DNA of 64,000 nucleotides from Eimeria praecox (taxonomy: Eukaryota). Shown here piece by piece: positions 37,450 to 49,800 of this stretch. The translations under genes and the position numbers were made by a program. The DNA is taken from the NCBI GenBank assembly GCA_963920595.1, contig OY986947.1, positions 6,324,001 to 6,388,000 of the forward strand. The letters are read 5' to 3'. Below the pieces are notes generated by a model. That model saw nothing but the letters and a program-made list of their open reading frames with translations. It was not told the origin of the DNA and searched no databases. How positions within the stretch are numbered: position 1 is the first letter of the stretch; each line of letters begins with the position of its first letter.

Positions 37450-38230
37450 CACCTACACCTAGCGCATCGGTGGCTTTTTGAAGTTGGTGTGGGATTGCAG
37501 TCGCACTGGGCATTCAATGGTGAAATGCGTGCGAAGGATTGCACGGAGGCGTGTGCAGAGCGCTCGGTGCATGGATGTGTAGTGAGTAACCGTGGCAGTT
37601 CGCCAGACGTGCGCATGGCGACCGTTTTGGTGGATGTGAAGCGTCCGCTCTTGGCTGTGGCGGTTCGTTGAAGGGGTCATCAAGCGAAGGAGGCAAGCCT
37701 GCTGTTGGCGCGGCCCGCCTGATGCGCTGGCTCTTTCTGTTGGGGCAGAGTATGTGCGCGATTGTGCAGGGACTGGCTAATTAGGAGGAGGTGAGTCGCC
37801 TGCGTCCTATTGGCATGGTCTTCGCTGGATCTGATGCAGCATCGTGCACTGGATGCGTTGTTCGAAGCAAAGGTTTGAAGGGGCGTTAGCATTGGCATTC
37901 TTGTCCGGCATTGGGTTAGCTATATTTCTTTGCAAATCTCTTCCGTTCATCGGCGGAAGCGTCCGCAGCTTTGCAAGGTCAACAGGGGTTGGGTTATCAG
38001 AGTACGTATATTCAGCAGTGGTGTTACCACGATGCTTCTTGCGTGTTGGAGGGGCCCCATTCCTGAAAACATACCCTCTGGAGGCAACGCTGTAATATTG
38101 GCTATTTGACTTTTGCTGTGGCGTGTCCTCTGTTGGGGAGGCATCCTTTGCTTGTGGAACCCGTGGAAACAAGCCGCGTGCCATCTTTAACGCCGTTGGC
38201 GTTTGTAGCATTTGTATGGTTGCCTAGCAG
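37450..38230. repeat. Degenerate repeat family cluster 1 (module A + one module B)
   Basis: Module A has gcgcatggcgaccgttttggtggatgtgaag and ggctaattaggaggaggtgagtcgcctgcgt, shared with 40109-40297. It is followed by gatctgatgcagcatcgtg and gttggagggg...ggaggcaac, shared with the B modules. Confidence 0.75.
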
Positions 38231-39919
38231 CCTGTCTGTAAGCATGTTGAGGCGTATTAAAAGTGAGCATTTACTGGGTTAAAATGCACCTGATTCCTGG
38301 TGTCAACCCACCATAGCATTTGCATGGCATGCAGCTGGGCGTCTTCCTTGTGATTCCCTGGTGACTTCATAGCGATCATGAAACATAGCCCGTACAGCAG
38401 CAGTCAGGATGTGCATCAAGTGTTGGACTACAGCTGCAACTAAGTAAAACAGGTTTGCTGAGTGTAGAACATCTGCACGGTTAGCAGCAGCGACTGGGGA
38501 ATTTCTTGCAGGTAGCTGATGGGAGACAGCGGCGTTCCAGTGCTTCTTAATATTGTTAGCAAGAGTAAGGTGGTCCTGCTGCCGCCGCAAAGCTTGCTTG
38601 TTTAGGGACTGCCTGTGTTTGCAGTTGATACTAGTCGACACTGCCTGCGTGCGTTTGTCCGAGGTAGAGATAGACAAGATGCCAGACGATCCATTTGCAA
38701 GGCGTCTCGTGTGAAAGATGCATGCCTACCTATAGTGTAGACTCCCCTCTCATGCGCGCTTCATCATTGCGGTTTGATCAGTGAAAGCTGCAAGGGATGA
38801 TGCGACTGCTCCAGAGAAGATAACGCAAGTGGCTAATCGCTGGGTGCTGGCCCAAATTATCAGCATAGCGCTGTGTCTGATACCAGCGTTGAGCTGGCAG
38901 TGGGTGGCGCCTGGCTGTGTTGGCGTGTCCTGCTATGTTGTCGCGGTCGTTAGTCTCTCTAATGCGTATTGCCTTGCAGCACATCTTGTATACGTGCCGG
39001 GGCACATTTAATGGCGCCAGTATATGAATCAGTTAGCACCCATAAACTTGGAATTCTATAGCATCAAGCGCTAGGCTGTGAATTTTCTCTAACGCTTCTC
39101 TGATCGGCTTCCAGTGTCTCTCTCTGCAACAGTTGATTTACGCTGGCTACGACGTGCCCCTATGCAGTGTTTTCTGGCTGCCGTCACGCAAGCACACTGC
39201 AAGCGTCGTTAGTTACGCGTCTTTCACGTTTGACGGGATTGTCTAAAGCGTGAGAGCACGGGTGAAAGCAGGCATACACCCGGACGGGAAAACAATCTCC
39301 TTCTAACAGGCTGTTTTGTGCCGGGCAAGAAACTCTGGCTGCTTCATGCGTGCGTCACAGATTTTTGCAGCTTTGTGAAGGGGCAGCCGCACTGCCTGTG
39401 CTGGCACAGAGATTCATTAATTGCGTGGCGATGTGAACAGAAATGCCCGTTTGTGCTTACAGAGGTCTAGCCTATGTCTTGATTGACGCCGCTAGAGCTT
39501 GCACTGGGATTCGTAAGCAGTATAGCCGTGTAGTTACTGCTCTTTCGGGAACGATTTACATGGTGCCTTACCTTTGAGAGCGCATTCACCTGCTTCGTGC
39601 TCATGTTATTTTCCGTGGCAAGTGTACCATGCAGTGTCCGTGGTGTCCCTCGCTTGCGTAGTTTTGTCCTGCTGTCACACAACAGGCCGACGAGGAAGTT
39701 GAAGGTGATTGGTCCTGCGTTCGCGGACGGCGAGGCAGGCGTAAGTCTACTTAGTCACTTGTTCAGCCCACAAAATCAAATTCTACCATTCGTTTCCTGG
39801 GCGAGACCTTGCACGCGTTCATCTCCGTATATGCGCTCATAATACACGCCGCAGTTGTATTCCCAATAACAATAAAGCAAGCCAAATCTTACAGAACAAA
39901 CGGCCCAACAGGCAATCAG

Positions 39920-42900
39920 CATCTACACCTAGCGCAGGACCCGCTTTGCTCCGTGCGCATATGGTTGCAGGGGCGTTGAGTCGTCAAGACTGAAAGGAGT
40001 GCGAAGCAATAAATGGACTGGTGTGTGTGTTAGCCCTTTTGCGCTCGGTGCCAAACGGGGTGTATCTCTGGGTTTGTAGTTGGTGGCTGCGGCTTTTCGC
40101 CAGACTTGCGCATGGCGACCGTTTTGGTGGATGTGAAGTGCTGGCTCTTGGCTGTAGCGGTTCGTCATCAAGCGAACCAGGCAAGCCTGGGGTTGGCGCG
40201 GCCTTGATGCGTTAGCTCGTCGTTGTGTTAGGGCACCCAGAGTATGTGCACGAGTGTGCAGGGGCTGGCTAATTAGGAGGAGGTGAGTCGCCTGCGTACT
40301 TTTGGCATCGCGCGAAAAGTTACTTAGTATAGTGTACGGCACTTGCTAAAATTTTCGCTGATGCGCTGTGACAAATATACGAATATTTGCGTTGACCCGC
40401 TGCAAACGGCTTTTGAGAAGCTGCAGGAGTGCCTGTGGAGCCTCCTGCCGTCGTGATATTGCTTAAGAATGATGGTACATGAGCCAAGGATGGCGGGCTG
40501 GAGAGCATGAGGGGAAGATACATTTGGTATCCTGAGAGCTCACGAATGCCTGTGAGGGAATTATGGGCGACGAATAATTCCCTTTGTGCCAGTCGTGGCT
40601 TCACGCGGACTTTATGCGCCATCTTGTTCCGGATGCACTGTGCGCAGGGAGGCTTTGAAGAGGCATCTACAGCTCTGAAGGCTCCACTTAGGTGTGGTGA
40701 TTAGAACGCGTTTATGCAGGACATCTTCTACCATGATTTTTCTTGTGGTTAGCGAGTTAGAGCAGTTCCGTTCTAAAGGCGTATTTTCTGCAGACAGCAC
40801 TCGGTGGGCTTGCCGGTCATAACACTCTTGGGGTATACACACATAGCGGGGTTGATGGCCTATTTGATGTGAAATACCCCCCTACCGGCCGATTAGTTTC
40901 AAAAGACAACGCAGCACGGGGATTCGGACCGTTATTGGCCGTGCCGTTTTGTACTACATGTGCTATCGTGCACCCTACATCGGAGCTGCCTGCGAGGACA
41001 CTTGATGCTGAAGTCGCGGACAGCCAGGGGCGGCTTTGTCTATGTAGTTGGCGCTTGCAGAGGGACTATGTACAAGCTAATCTTCAGGGATTCCATCCAA
41101 AAAGGGGATACATGTGAACCCTCTTGCGACCGTGGCGGCGTTTGAGAACGGTTGTGCTTTCGACATGAGTGGCATTTAATTCCCGTTATGATATATGTGG
41201 TTTTAGCTGGATCTGGTGCGGCATCTTGTGTGGGGTACGTTGTGTGGGGAAACGAAGTAACGTGTTTTGGCATGGGACGGGTGTAACAGCTGCGGCTTTA
41301 GATGCAACCCTGGATCACTTGCATGCCGTTAACAAGATGCCCGCAGCTGTACACAGTACTTTCAACTGTGGTGGTCAGAGCTCATATGTGGAGACACCTT
41401 TTATTGGGATGCGTAGTGCGATGAGGGCGAGCGGCTCCCTTACTCAACGATCACCTACGGCAGGCAACCTTCTCGTGCTCGTCGACTGTGCAGGCAGTGA
41501 GCTACAGACACTCATCTATCCTATAAGGGGATGAGCAAGTTTCGGCTATGTTTGTAATGAGAGGCTACGGGTGTTTTCGTATCTGGTGCGCAGGTGGTGC
41601 ATTGCAAGCATCCAGTCCGTTCCTATAGATCTGGCGAGGGTGGGTCATGCTCGTAGGGAGGCTTTGGGGATCTTTCATATCTAGTGCGTTACGTGTGGAA
41701 TGGCCCCTAAACGCTTACTCAGTGCTTGGATCAGCAGTGGCAAAGGATTTTGATAGTAATAGTCGTTTCTTCACTTGGACGTTATGCAGCATCCTGTGTT
41801 GCGTGAGGTGGGGCACGTATGGCTTTGACACGTTTTAGGCATGACTGTTCGTGTGGAACAGCTGCGGCTTCAGCTGTTGCCGCAAATCCACGACGTTCAT
41901 TCGCAGAAGCGTTCCGAGCTGTGCAGGGTACATTTAGATGTGGCGACTAGAGTGCGTCTATGCAGGGCCTCTCCTATTACGATTCGGCTTGTGGTGAGTT
42001 TTAGCGGATCCGTTGCAAGAGGTGTACTTTCTGCAGGCAGCGTTCCTTGGGCTTGCTGACAATGAAGCCAGTGCGTTGCAGGCATTCATCTATCCGGGAA
42101 ACGGGACGCAAGGTTTCCTCGGAGGAATGGCTTCGAGAGTTTTTTATATCTGGTGCGCTGCGCATGGAATCATTCCTATACGCTCCGGTATACCAGCATG
42201 CTTATTAATGCAGCCTGTGAGCATTTGAGTGGAGCTGTTGCTTACTGGTGTGCGCATATTAGTGGGATCGTTGATCTTATTGCTGTGTGATGCTGCCTGG
42301 GGGGGGTCAAGGTTACGTAGTTACAGGATTCGTAGTCGTAGTCGTTATGTCATTTTTCATACTTCCCGTGCTGCGCGGCAGCACGGGAAGTATGTCCGGA
42401 GGTTTGACCTTGAACTCGCGGACAGCGGAGGGCAGTTTTTATCTCTGCGGTTAGCGTTCCGGGAGGGGCCATGCTTATTCTTGGCTTGAAGGATTTTGCC
42501 GGGAAACCGACTGCTTGTGGAGCCTCTTGCTGCCGTGATGGAGTTCGGGAATGGCTGTGTTTTGACCGAGGCGGCGCTGTATTTCTGCTGTGCAAGCTGC
42601 GGTTTTAACTGGGTTTGGTGCGGCATCTTGTGTGTGATGCGGTGTCCGAGACACGTCTTTGAAGCACTTTTGCATGAATGCATCTCCTGCTGCTGTGCCT
42701 GTCTCGGCGAACCACGGGCATCCATTCAACCAAACGCCCGCAGCTGTGGTGGGTACCGCGAGTTGAGGCCATCAGAGCGCCTACATCCAGCACCGCCTTT
42801 GCTACGATACTTGCTTGTGAGTTGGAGGGGATTCGTTACTCAAAGCTTACTTTCGGCAGGCAACACACTCGGGCTTGCTGCCCGTGCAGGCAGTGCGTTG

Positions 42901-43100
42901 GAAGCATCCACCCAGCTAATTTGGAGACGACGCCGGCGACGCCTGTTTGTAGAGATGGTTTTCTTCTTTTTGCATATGGTGCATTGCATTTGAGATTATT
43001 CTGCTGGTGAGGCATCTGATACCTGTGAAAGATCTGCCAGTATGCAAAGGGGCGCCGTTGCCGGTACTGGCGCTTTTAGCACTTGTCTTGCGGCCTGGCA
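39920..43100. repeat. Degenerate repeat family cluster 2 (module A + about 4 tandem B modules)
   Basis: The anchors tgc(c/t)tgtggagcctc(c/t)tgc at about 40430 and 42512, gtgaaccctcttgc at about 41114, and tatctggtgcgc at about 41580 and 42147. Confidence 0.75.
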
Positions 43101-45069
43101 ACTTACTTCCAAATATGTTGCGGGTATACTCGGTTTTATGCCCAGCGGAGTGGACGATGTGCGAGCTGATTACAGGCGTGGGCGCAGTGGGAACTGCTTC
43201 CTAGCATTAAATATTCGTTTTGGTGGTGACAGCGGCGTGCATGACGGGATGGAAGAGATCACTCACTGCCTTGAAGCACAGATGATGCCTGCTGCTGGCA
43301 TGGTAGTCGTGCGCCATGTAAATCGTTCACGCCCCATGTTGCGATCTGGAAATAAGCGTGCAGAAAAGCAATCAGTGTGTGCATTAGGCGTTAACAAAAG
43401 AAGGATGCTGCACGGGTAGCCCGGCAGCAGTGGTCGGAAATGTACTTGGAGGTAGCAGATTGGATACAGATGCCCTGCAGTGCTTTGGAATTGTGTTGGC
43501 AAGACTAAGGCGGGAACCCGCCCGCTTCAAGCTGGCTCAGGTGTTCCCCGAGCCTTGCAGTTGTTCGTAGTGCACCTGTGGAGCTTCTGTAATCACACGC
43601 GTTTCATCAGTGCGGTTTATTGAGGGTCAAATTGTTGTCATGCCCACTTATGGCATCCAAGGTCGGCACGTGAACAGCGTTCGCGGGTTGCCTGGGTTGC
43701 CTGCCAAGAGAAGTATGCTTGTCTCCCTTGGTGACTAATAGAAGCTGCACGAGTGCCTTGAGTGCTCTACCGAGGAAGTGGCAAGGGGTCAGGCCAAAGG
43801 TGCTGGCCTAATTACGCTCGTAGAGGTATGACTTATGATAAACGGAGTACAGGAATGAGCGCTTGGGAGACGAGGTGCAAGGGCTTTGAACGGTTTGTCG
43901 CCCCTACCTATGCATAACTACGAAAGCAAAACTGGTTGGAATCTGTTGCGCTTCGTCACAATGTTGTGCCACCACCACATAGAGACTGAACCCTCATTCT
44001 TGGTGTGCAAGTCGCAGCTGTTGGACTTGAGTATTATTCGGTTAGCTGTTTTAACATAATGGGATCAGTAATGCGTTGCGAGCGTCTCGTTAGGAGAGAG
44101 GCTGCTTGGGCCTGACAATTTCTGTTGGGATGGGGGTGCAGAATATTCGTGGCGCGGCCTGTGTGATCGCTTTTGCCGAGTTACACTGGGCTAGGCGAGG
44201 TTGCTTGAGTGCAAAGAAGGGAAAGACAGGTTGGAAGGCCCTACATGACGGATTCTGAGGGGCATGAGCAGCATGCAGTTTCCTCATGTGCTATGCACGG
44301 GCAGGACAAACAGTCGTTGCATTATGGAGGCATTAGCATCCGCGCCGAACTATTAAAATGTAGCAAATAATGATTTAGCGCAAGCACAGCTTACGCTTGC
44401 ATGCATAGTGTGATCTAGGATAGCGCGGCGCCTTGCTGCATGGCAAATAGATGTGGCCCAAACAAGCGCATTAGTTTTGATATTCTGGAACTCGAGCGGT
44501 TAGGCACAAGTAACACTTCAAAACCAACAGCCAGTGCGTGCCATGCTTCGCGCGAGGCGCCTGTGGAGCGCAACGTCACCAGTGATAAGCAAAAAAGCGC
44601 ATTTATATTTTGTTGCAAGGAAGAAGAGGCCAACATGCATTTTCTAACCATTTTCACAGGGCATGATGGACAGTCGAATGATGCGATCCACTGAATTAGC
44701 TAGGTAGCTTGTATCTCGAGTTTTGTAGATTGGTTTTATGCTTACTATAACGTCGCCTGCAGCGCATGGTAGACGCTTCCATGTTGTTATAGGTACAGCA
44801 TTGAGAGCGACCTTCTGTGGGGGCCCTGGGTAAGTAAGCTTGTTGCTACATATTTTGATCATAAAGTGCAATTTTGGCCTTAACGGTCATGCGGATGGTG
44901 ACACGTAACTCGGGTCATTACGTTTGGATATGGTTGAATGTATTGGTGCCTGGCGGAACACTTAATCCAAGTAGCTCTGCCATCTTGGGCAGGCCGCTGA
45001 ACAAGTGGCCAGGCGGAAGCGGTGCATCGTGCGCTGCCAGCTAGTACGCCCTGTATTGGTGCTTTAAGT
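40960..45069 (+). repeat. Segmental duplication copy 1 (direct repeat of 59877-64000)
   Basis: Near-identical sequence and matching ORF-track entries at an offset of 18917-18931 bp. Confidence 0.97.
42358..42394. other. Perfect 17-bp inverted repeat with a 3-nt loop
   Basis: catacttcccgtgctgc-gcg-gcagcacgggaagtatg. Confidence 0.95.
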
Positions 45070-46804
45070 GGGTGCTGATGCAGAATAAAAGCAAGCGGCA
45101 TTTGCAGTGAAGGGCCAGCTGGGATTTTGCATTTTTCGGTACGAAGGCACATCGTACTCTGTGAGCAGATGCGCTCCAGATGTATAGGGGAAGCTGGAGT
45201 TGCTGTTCTTCGCCTCCTGAATGCCCTGCTTTCTACAGCGCGGTATGCAGAGAGGGAAGACCCTGTTCATCGCTGAAAATGGTGGAATCGTTTCGGCTTA
45301 TCGTTCTGAGCAGGGAGTGAGTGATGCTGCGATCCGGGAGTCGCGTTGAGTGCTGCCAACGTCGAACTCTAGTTGAACGAGTATGGATTGAATGAAAGCG
45401 ATTTGGGGGAATCTGCGGGTAGGCGGTCCATACCGGACCTCAGCTAGATTATTGAAGGCCCTTCAAATTTGCGGCATTTTGGCTAGCCCGCCTTATAGGC
45501 CGATTCGGGAAACTAGCTGCCATCCACGCGGAATTGGGCGACCTGCACGAGCTGTATTACTATTCCTAAACTCTAATGCTTGAGCTCTTTGAACTGCTAG
45601 GTTGTGCGCCTAATGAGCAGAAAGGGTTGAGAACGAGGCTAGGGGACTTCACTGCGAGCTTCCTGAAGCACTAGAGGTGCTCATTTCTGAATGTTCTTGA
45701 GAGAGTTACGTGTCTGGCCACTTCTGCACAGATAACTGCCGATGCGTGCTACTTTCTTTCAGCGAAGTAGCTTAACTAAGTGTCTAGCCTATCATACTTC
45801 TTGTTGCACACCCTGCTACACGAGCAATTTCCTAGATACTATCTGTACACGCGTCCTTGCATGGAATGTTCTGGTGCAGTTCTTGAGTGTACGAGGTTAC
45901 ACTTGCATTCTCCCTTATGCCGCATAAGAGCTGTTAGCAGCACTCATTTGTGCACCTTTACTAGCTGAGGCAACTGAACCGGCATTTCCGGGTGCAGACC
46001 GACTAGTTGCATGATGCAGAGATTCATTTTGCAGGCAGTCAGTCACCTCTAGGGATTGCTGGTCCTCTTTAAAGCCCGTCTACCTATTCAAACCTTGGTT
46101 GTGAATATAATTATGTAATTTCTTGGATATAGTAAAGGGCCCACCAAGCCAGTAGCTTGGTGCTATGCATTGCTTGCCGAACAGTTAGGCATGAGCAGGT
46201 TCGCTTTCCCACCCGTGGGTATTTTCTAATTAAGCTCCAACAAGCATACGCATATGTTCGTAATACATGTTTTGCTTATCAGAACAGGGCTGCGCGTTGT
46301 GGGCGATAGCTTTGCTCAGAGTAGGCTAAACCCGCATTTCGTAGGCATTCTTGGCTAATACCGCTTCTCCGCGTTCCGTGCATGTACAGTGCATACAAGC
46401 ATTGTTGTGAGGTTACATGCCGCCACAGGAAGTGTGTTATGAGCATACAGTGGCGCACATGATCAGTTTAAATCACTAGTCTTTAGGAAATCATTTAGGC
46501 TTGCGCATTGCAGCAAATTTGTCTGTATATTTGTTTGATCGTTGTGCTGCTCGTGCATAATGTAAGCATTTGCCCCAAAGCGGCCAGAAGACACTTCAAA
46601 TTCAGCAAAGTAGTTTTCAACACACTTCCAGGGGCATTCTGGCTGTGCCATGACGGCCGGCAGAAGCTCCTTGAGACGCGGCGCACATTAGCTCGACAAG
46701 AAGAGAGCTTTGTTTACCAGCTTGTGAGCCAGATTAGCAAAATGGGGCTGCTAAAGGAAAATACGGAGATGCGATATCTGCAGGCCGTTAGGACTGTTGC
46801 ACTA

Positions 46805-46808
46805 TGTG

Positions 46809-46878
<70 letters not shown>
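46805..46878. repeat. (TG)n microsatellite
   Basis: Direct inspection. Confidence 0.95.
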
Positions 46879-46879
<1 letters not shown>

Positions 46880-49800
46880 CGCCCTAGCGCGCTCTGTTGC
46901 TTGTTATTCCAACGGCCAGTGGCAGTATCTAATACCAGTTTTGACTCATTGGCAATGCTGCCCGGTACATGTAAACACCCAATTACCCTCTCATTGTGGC
47001 TCATGAATTGGCGTGCTTTGCGGACGCTTTTGTAAACTGATGGCCTGCTTAAATCGCCTACTGGTCCGTCACCGCAAACTGGTGCAAAAGTAACGCTCTG
47101 GTCTAGAGGCAAGCCATTGAATACGCGGGCAAGCTGCCAGTAGGACTAGCGGGAGTTGTGTCTGTCCTATATCGAGATACCAAAAACGATACTGGCGTTA
47201 TGACTCTGAGGAAAATAGTTGAAGAATATTTAAAATTATGAGCAGGCATGGATCCATAGCATTCATCCAGGGAACCATCTGGACGTCAGTATGATTATAG
47301 ATGATAACTTGCTTGCGACAACATCGCGCTGATGCCTGTCTCTTTTAAATACACTCGTACAGGTGCTAAGCATCATTCCATTCTCCAGCTTACGCGAAGA
47401 TGCATATCCTTGCACAGATGTGTCATAATCAAATGCTGTGCATTTTGCGTTTCGCGTGCTGCATAAAGGAGCTCAAGAACGTTTGCTGGGACGGTCAGTT
47501 TATTCGGGACAACTAATGTAGACACTGAGAAAATTTCAATGCTCCCGCAGGAAGTCTGTTTCGTGGCTAACATGCGACGACCACACTGAACATGTTGAGC
47601 AAATTCAGAGTGAATCGCAAAGGCATGAGCGTCTGCGCAGCTGCTGTGGAAACTATCGATGGTTTAATGCATGAAATACAATATCTTGTTGGGTTTAACA
47701 TTTGGTAAGAAGGCACTCGGAGATTCCGGGCTTTGCTCAACGGGGTTTATTTTGGCAGGAGTATCCTTTGTTGCTTGGCATGCTTGCCCGCCTGAAACGT
47801 CCAAACGACACAGGCAGCATGCGCATTCAGTAAGTCACTTTTGCATCAAACTGTGTGTTACAGTGTGTTGAAACGTATGCTCATACCTTCGCTCCTAGCT
47901 GCGCTGATAACCCTGATTTCGTTATTTCCCTTCCTGGAAAACGCAATCTGTGGCCAGAAGGCTGCGTGATGGAAAACGATTTTTCGCGGCTGTTTTTTGC
48001 TCGCCAGATATGTGGATGTGCCAGGTACGCAGTGGGAGCAAGAATTGGCGCAGAAAGTTAGTCCCCGTGCTTGGGCGCATGCTGGTGCGCTGCAAGGTGT
48101 GCGTGGGGATCCGCCCCGCCTGATACACAGTTTAAAACCTTTATGGCACTAAGTAAGCTCATCTATGCTGTATGCTTGCTTGAGCCCGCTGTAGTAGGCG
48201 TTCCAGCGCATGCCAGTGTCCTGTCAGTGTTTATAGCCAAACTACCTGACGTAGCGTGCGCCCGTCTTTTGCATACTTCATCTGGAGTATTTTTAAGCAT
48301 GCCCTTAACTTATCCGCTGATTAGCAATTCTCAGAGCATGGGATATTGAACAAGCAGCTTGTAAGGCTGACTGGCACGGTGCAACGCCAAGAAAGCATTG
48401 CCAGCGAAACATCAACGACTTATCTTCCAAATGGCAATGCATTCCAGGAAGAAGGGGGCCCTCTTCAGGCCGCTGTGCTGAGTGATTGCTAGATGCGCCC
48501 CTGCCTAGAGGTAAGGGTGTTCTGTGTTGCGATCATCTGCCGCCATAAATGCTTTGTTTGAAAGTGCGCCAAAATCAAATATAAAGTGGCCGTGGTGTAA
48601 AGAGCCATCTCAGGGCTAACAGCGGGATGCTTGCATAGCCCGGGCAAAAATGACGTGTTGGGCGCCACGCTCATATTTGTCACTATTTCTTCCGTGCAGC
48701 AACCAATTACTGTCTAGGAGTACAGGAGTGCTCACTTATGTAGCTTGTGGGTCCAGTGCAAAAGCCTGCATTGCAAAAGGGGTGCAATACGTTGTGCTAG
48801 TGGCCTTAGCTGGGCGTGGATTCTTAGAAGGGAACTGGTGTGCATCATCATATCTTTTGATGCGCTTCAGACGACCTGAGCAGAAGCAACCTTTTGCTGC
48901 TGAAAGCTGACCTGGGTTGTGTTGCTTGCCTACCACAAGCTTTGGAAGTATTAACATTTTTAAGCGCTGCGAAGAAACTCACTAGTATTTTCTGTCGCCT
49001 TGAGGGTGATCTTGGTTGCCTTGGTTGTTCAAGGGCTGCAGTCGCCAGTTGCGCTTGGGAGCCACCGCCGGGGCAGGGCATCCAATTCATTATCCATCTA
49101 ATAATAGAGGGGCTGCTTCTTCCCATCATCGAGACGCATGCACGCGCGGTTTTAACGCCAATGGCGTTAGTTAGTTGGGATAAAAAAGCTTTATTTCGCG
49201 GCATGTAGGGATTATATACAAGATATAGATCACAATGTGGCACTGCGTTTTCAAGGCACATCAGTTCCAGCCTACTTGGATCTAAGGATCAACAAACTAG
49301 GCATTGATCGAGCTTCGAACTTAAAGGACGTAAGCAAATCTCACTTTCGCATGCATAGAGTGCCCACTGCAGAAGAAAGCAAAGCCTGAATGGCTTACCG
49401 ACTATTTAATTTCTGTCTAGGTGATTTGCTTTCCAGATTTTTTCCATGCTGGCTTATCGCTTTTATGCGGCGCTTGTAGATGCCGCATCGCATGGGCGAA
49501 TGCATATTGCGGCTCCGGATATTTCGCGTTCCTTTCCTTTTAGTGCCTGTGAACAGAGCAGAAAATGATAACTTTAGCCTCTACGGTATTAGCCGAGGAT
49601 TCGTAGCACCAGGGCATACCGTCATTGAGTTAGTTGGCTTCAGGGTGCCGCTACGATCCTGGTACTGCCCGGTGTGCAAAGCTGCGTAGAAACAGGTGAA
49701 ACGGCCTTTTGAAATGCAAAGACTGAATGCCAAGCACCGTATAATGAGCTCAAAGGCGTCACCTTTCGTTCCGCAAGGATTGAATTGTGTACGTTAGTAT

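Noticed and set aside
42496..42993. 165-aa Cys-rich ORF (and its copy at 61433-61924) as a real gene
   Set aside because: It starts at a non-ATG codon, and homologous modules have stops and frameshifts. Kept only as part of the repeat-family finding.
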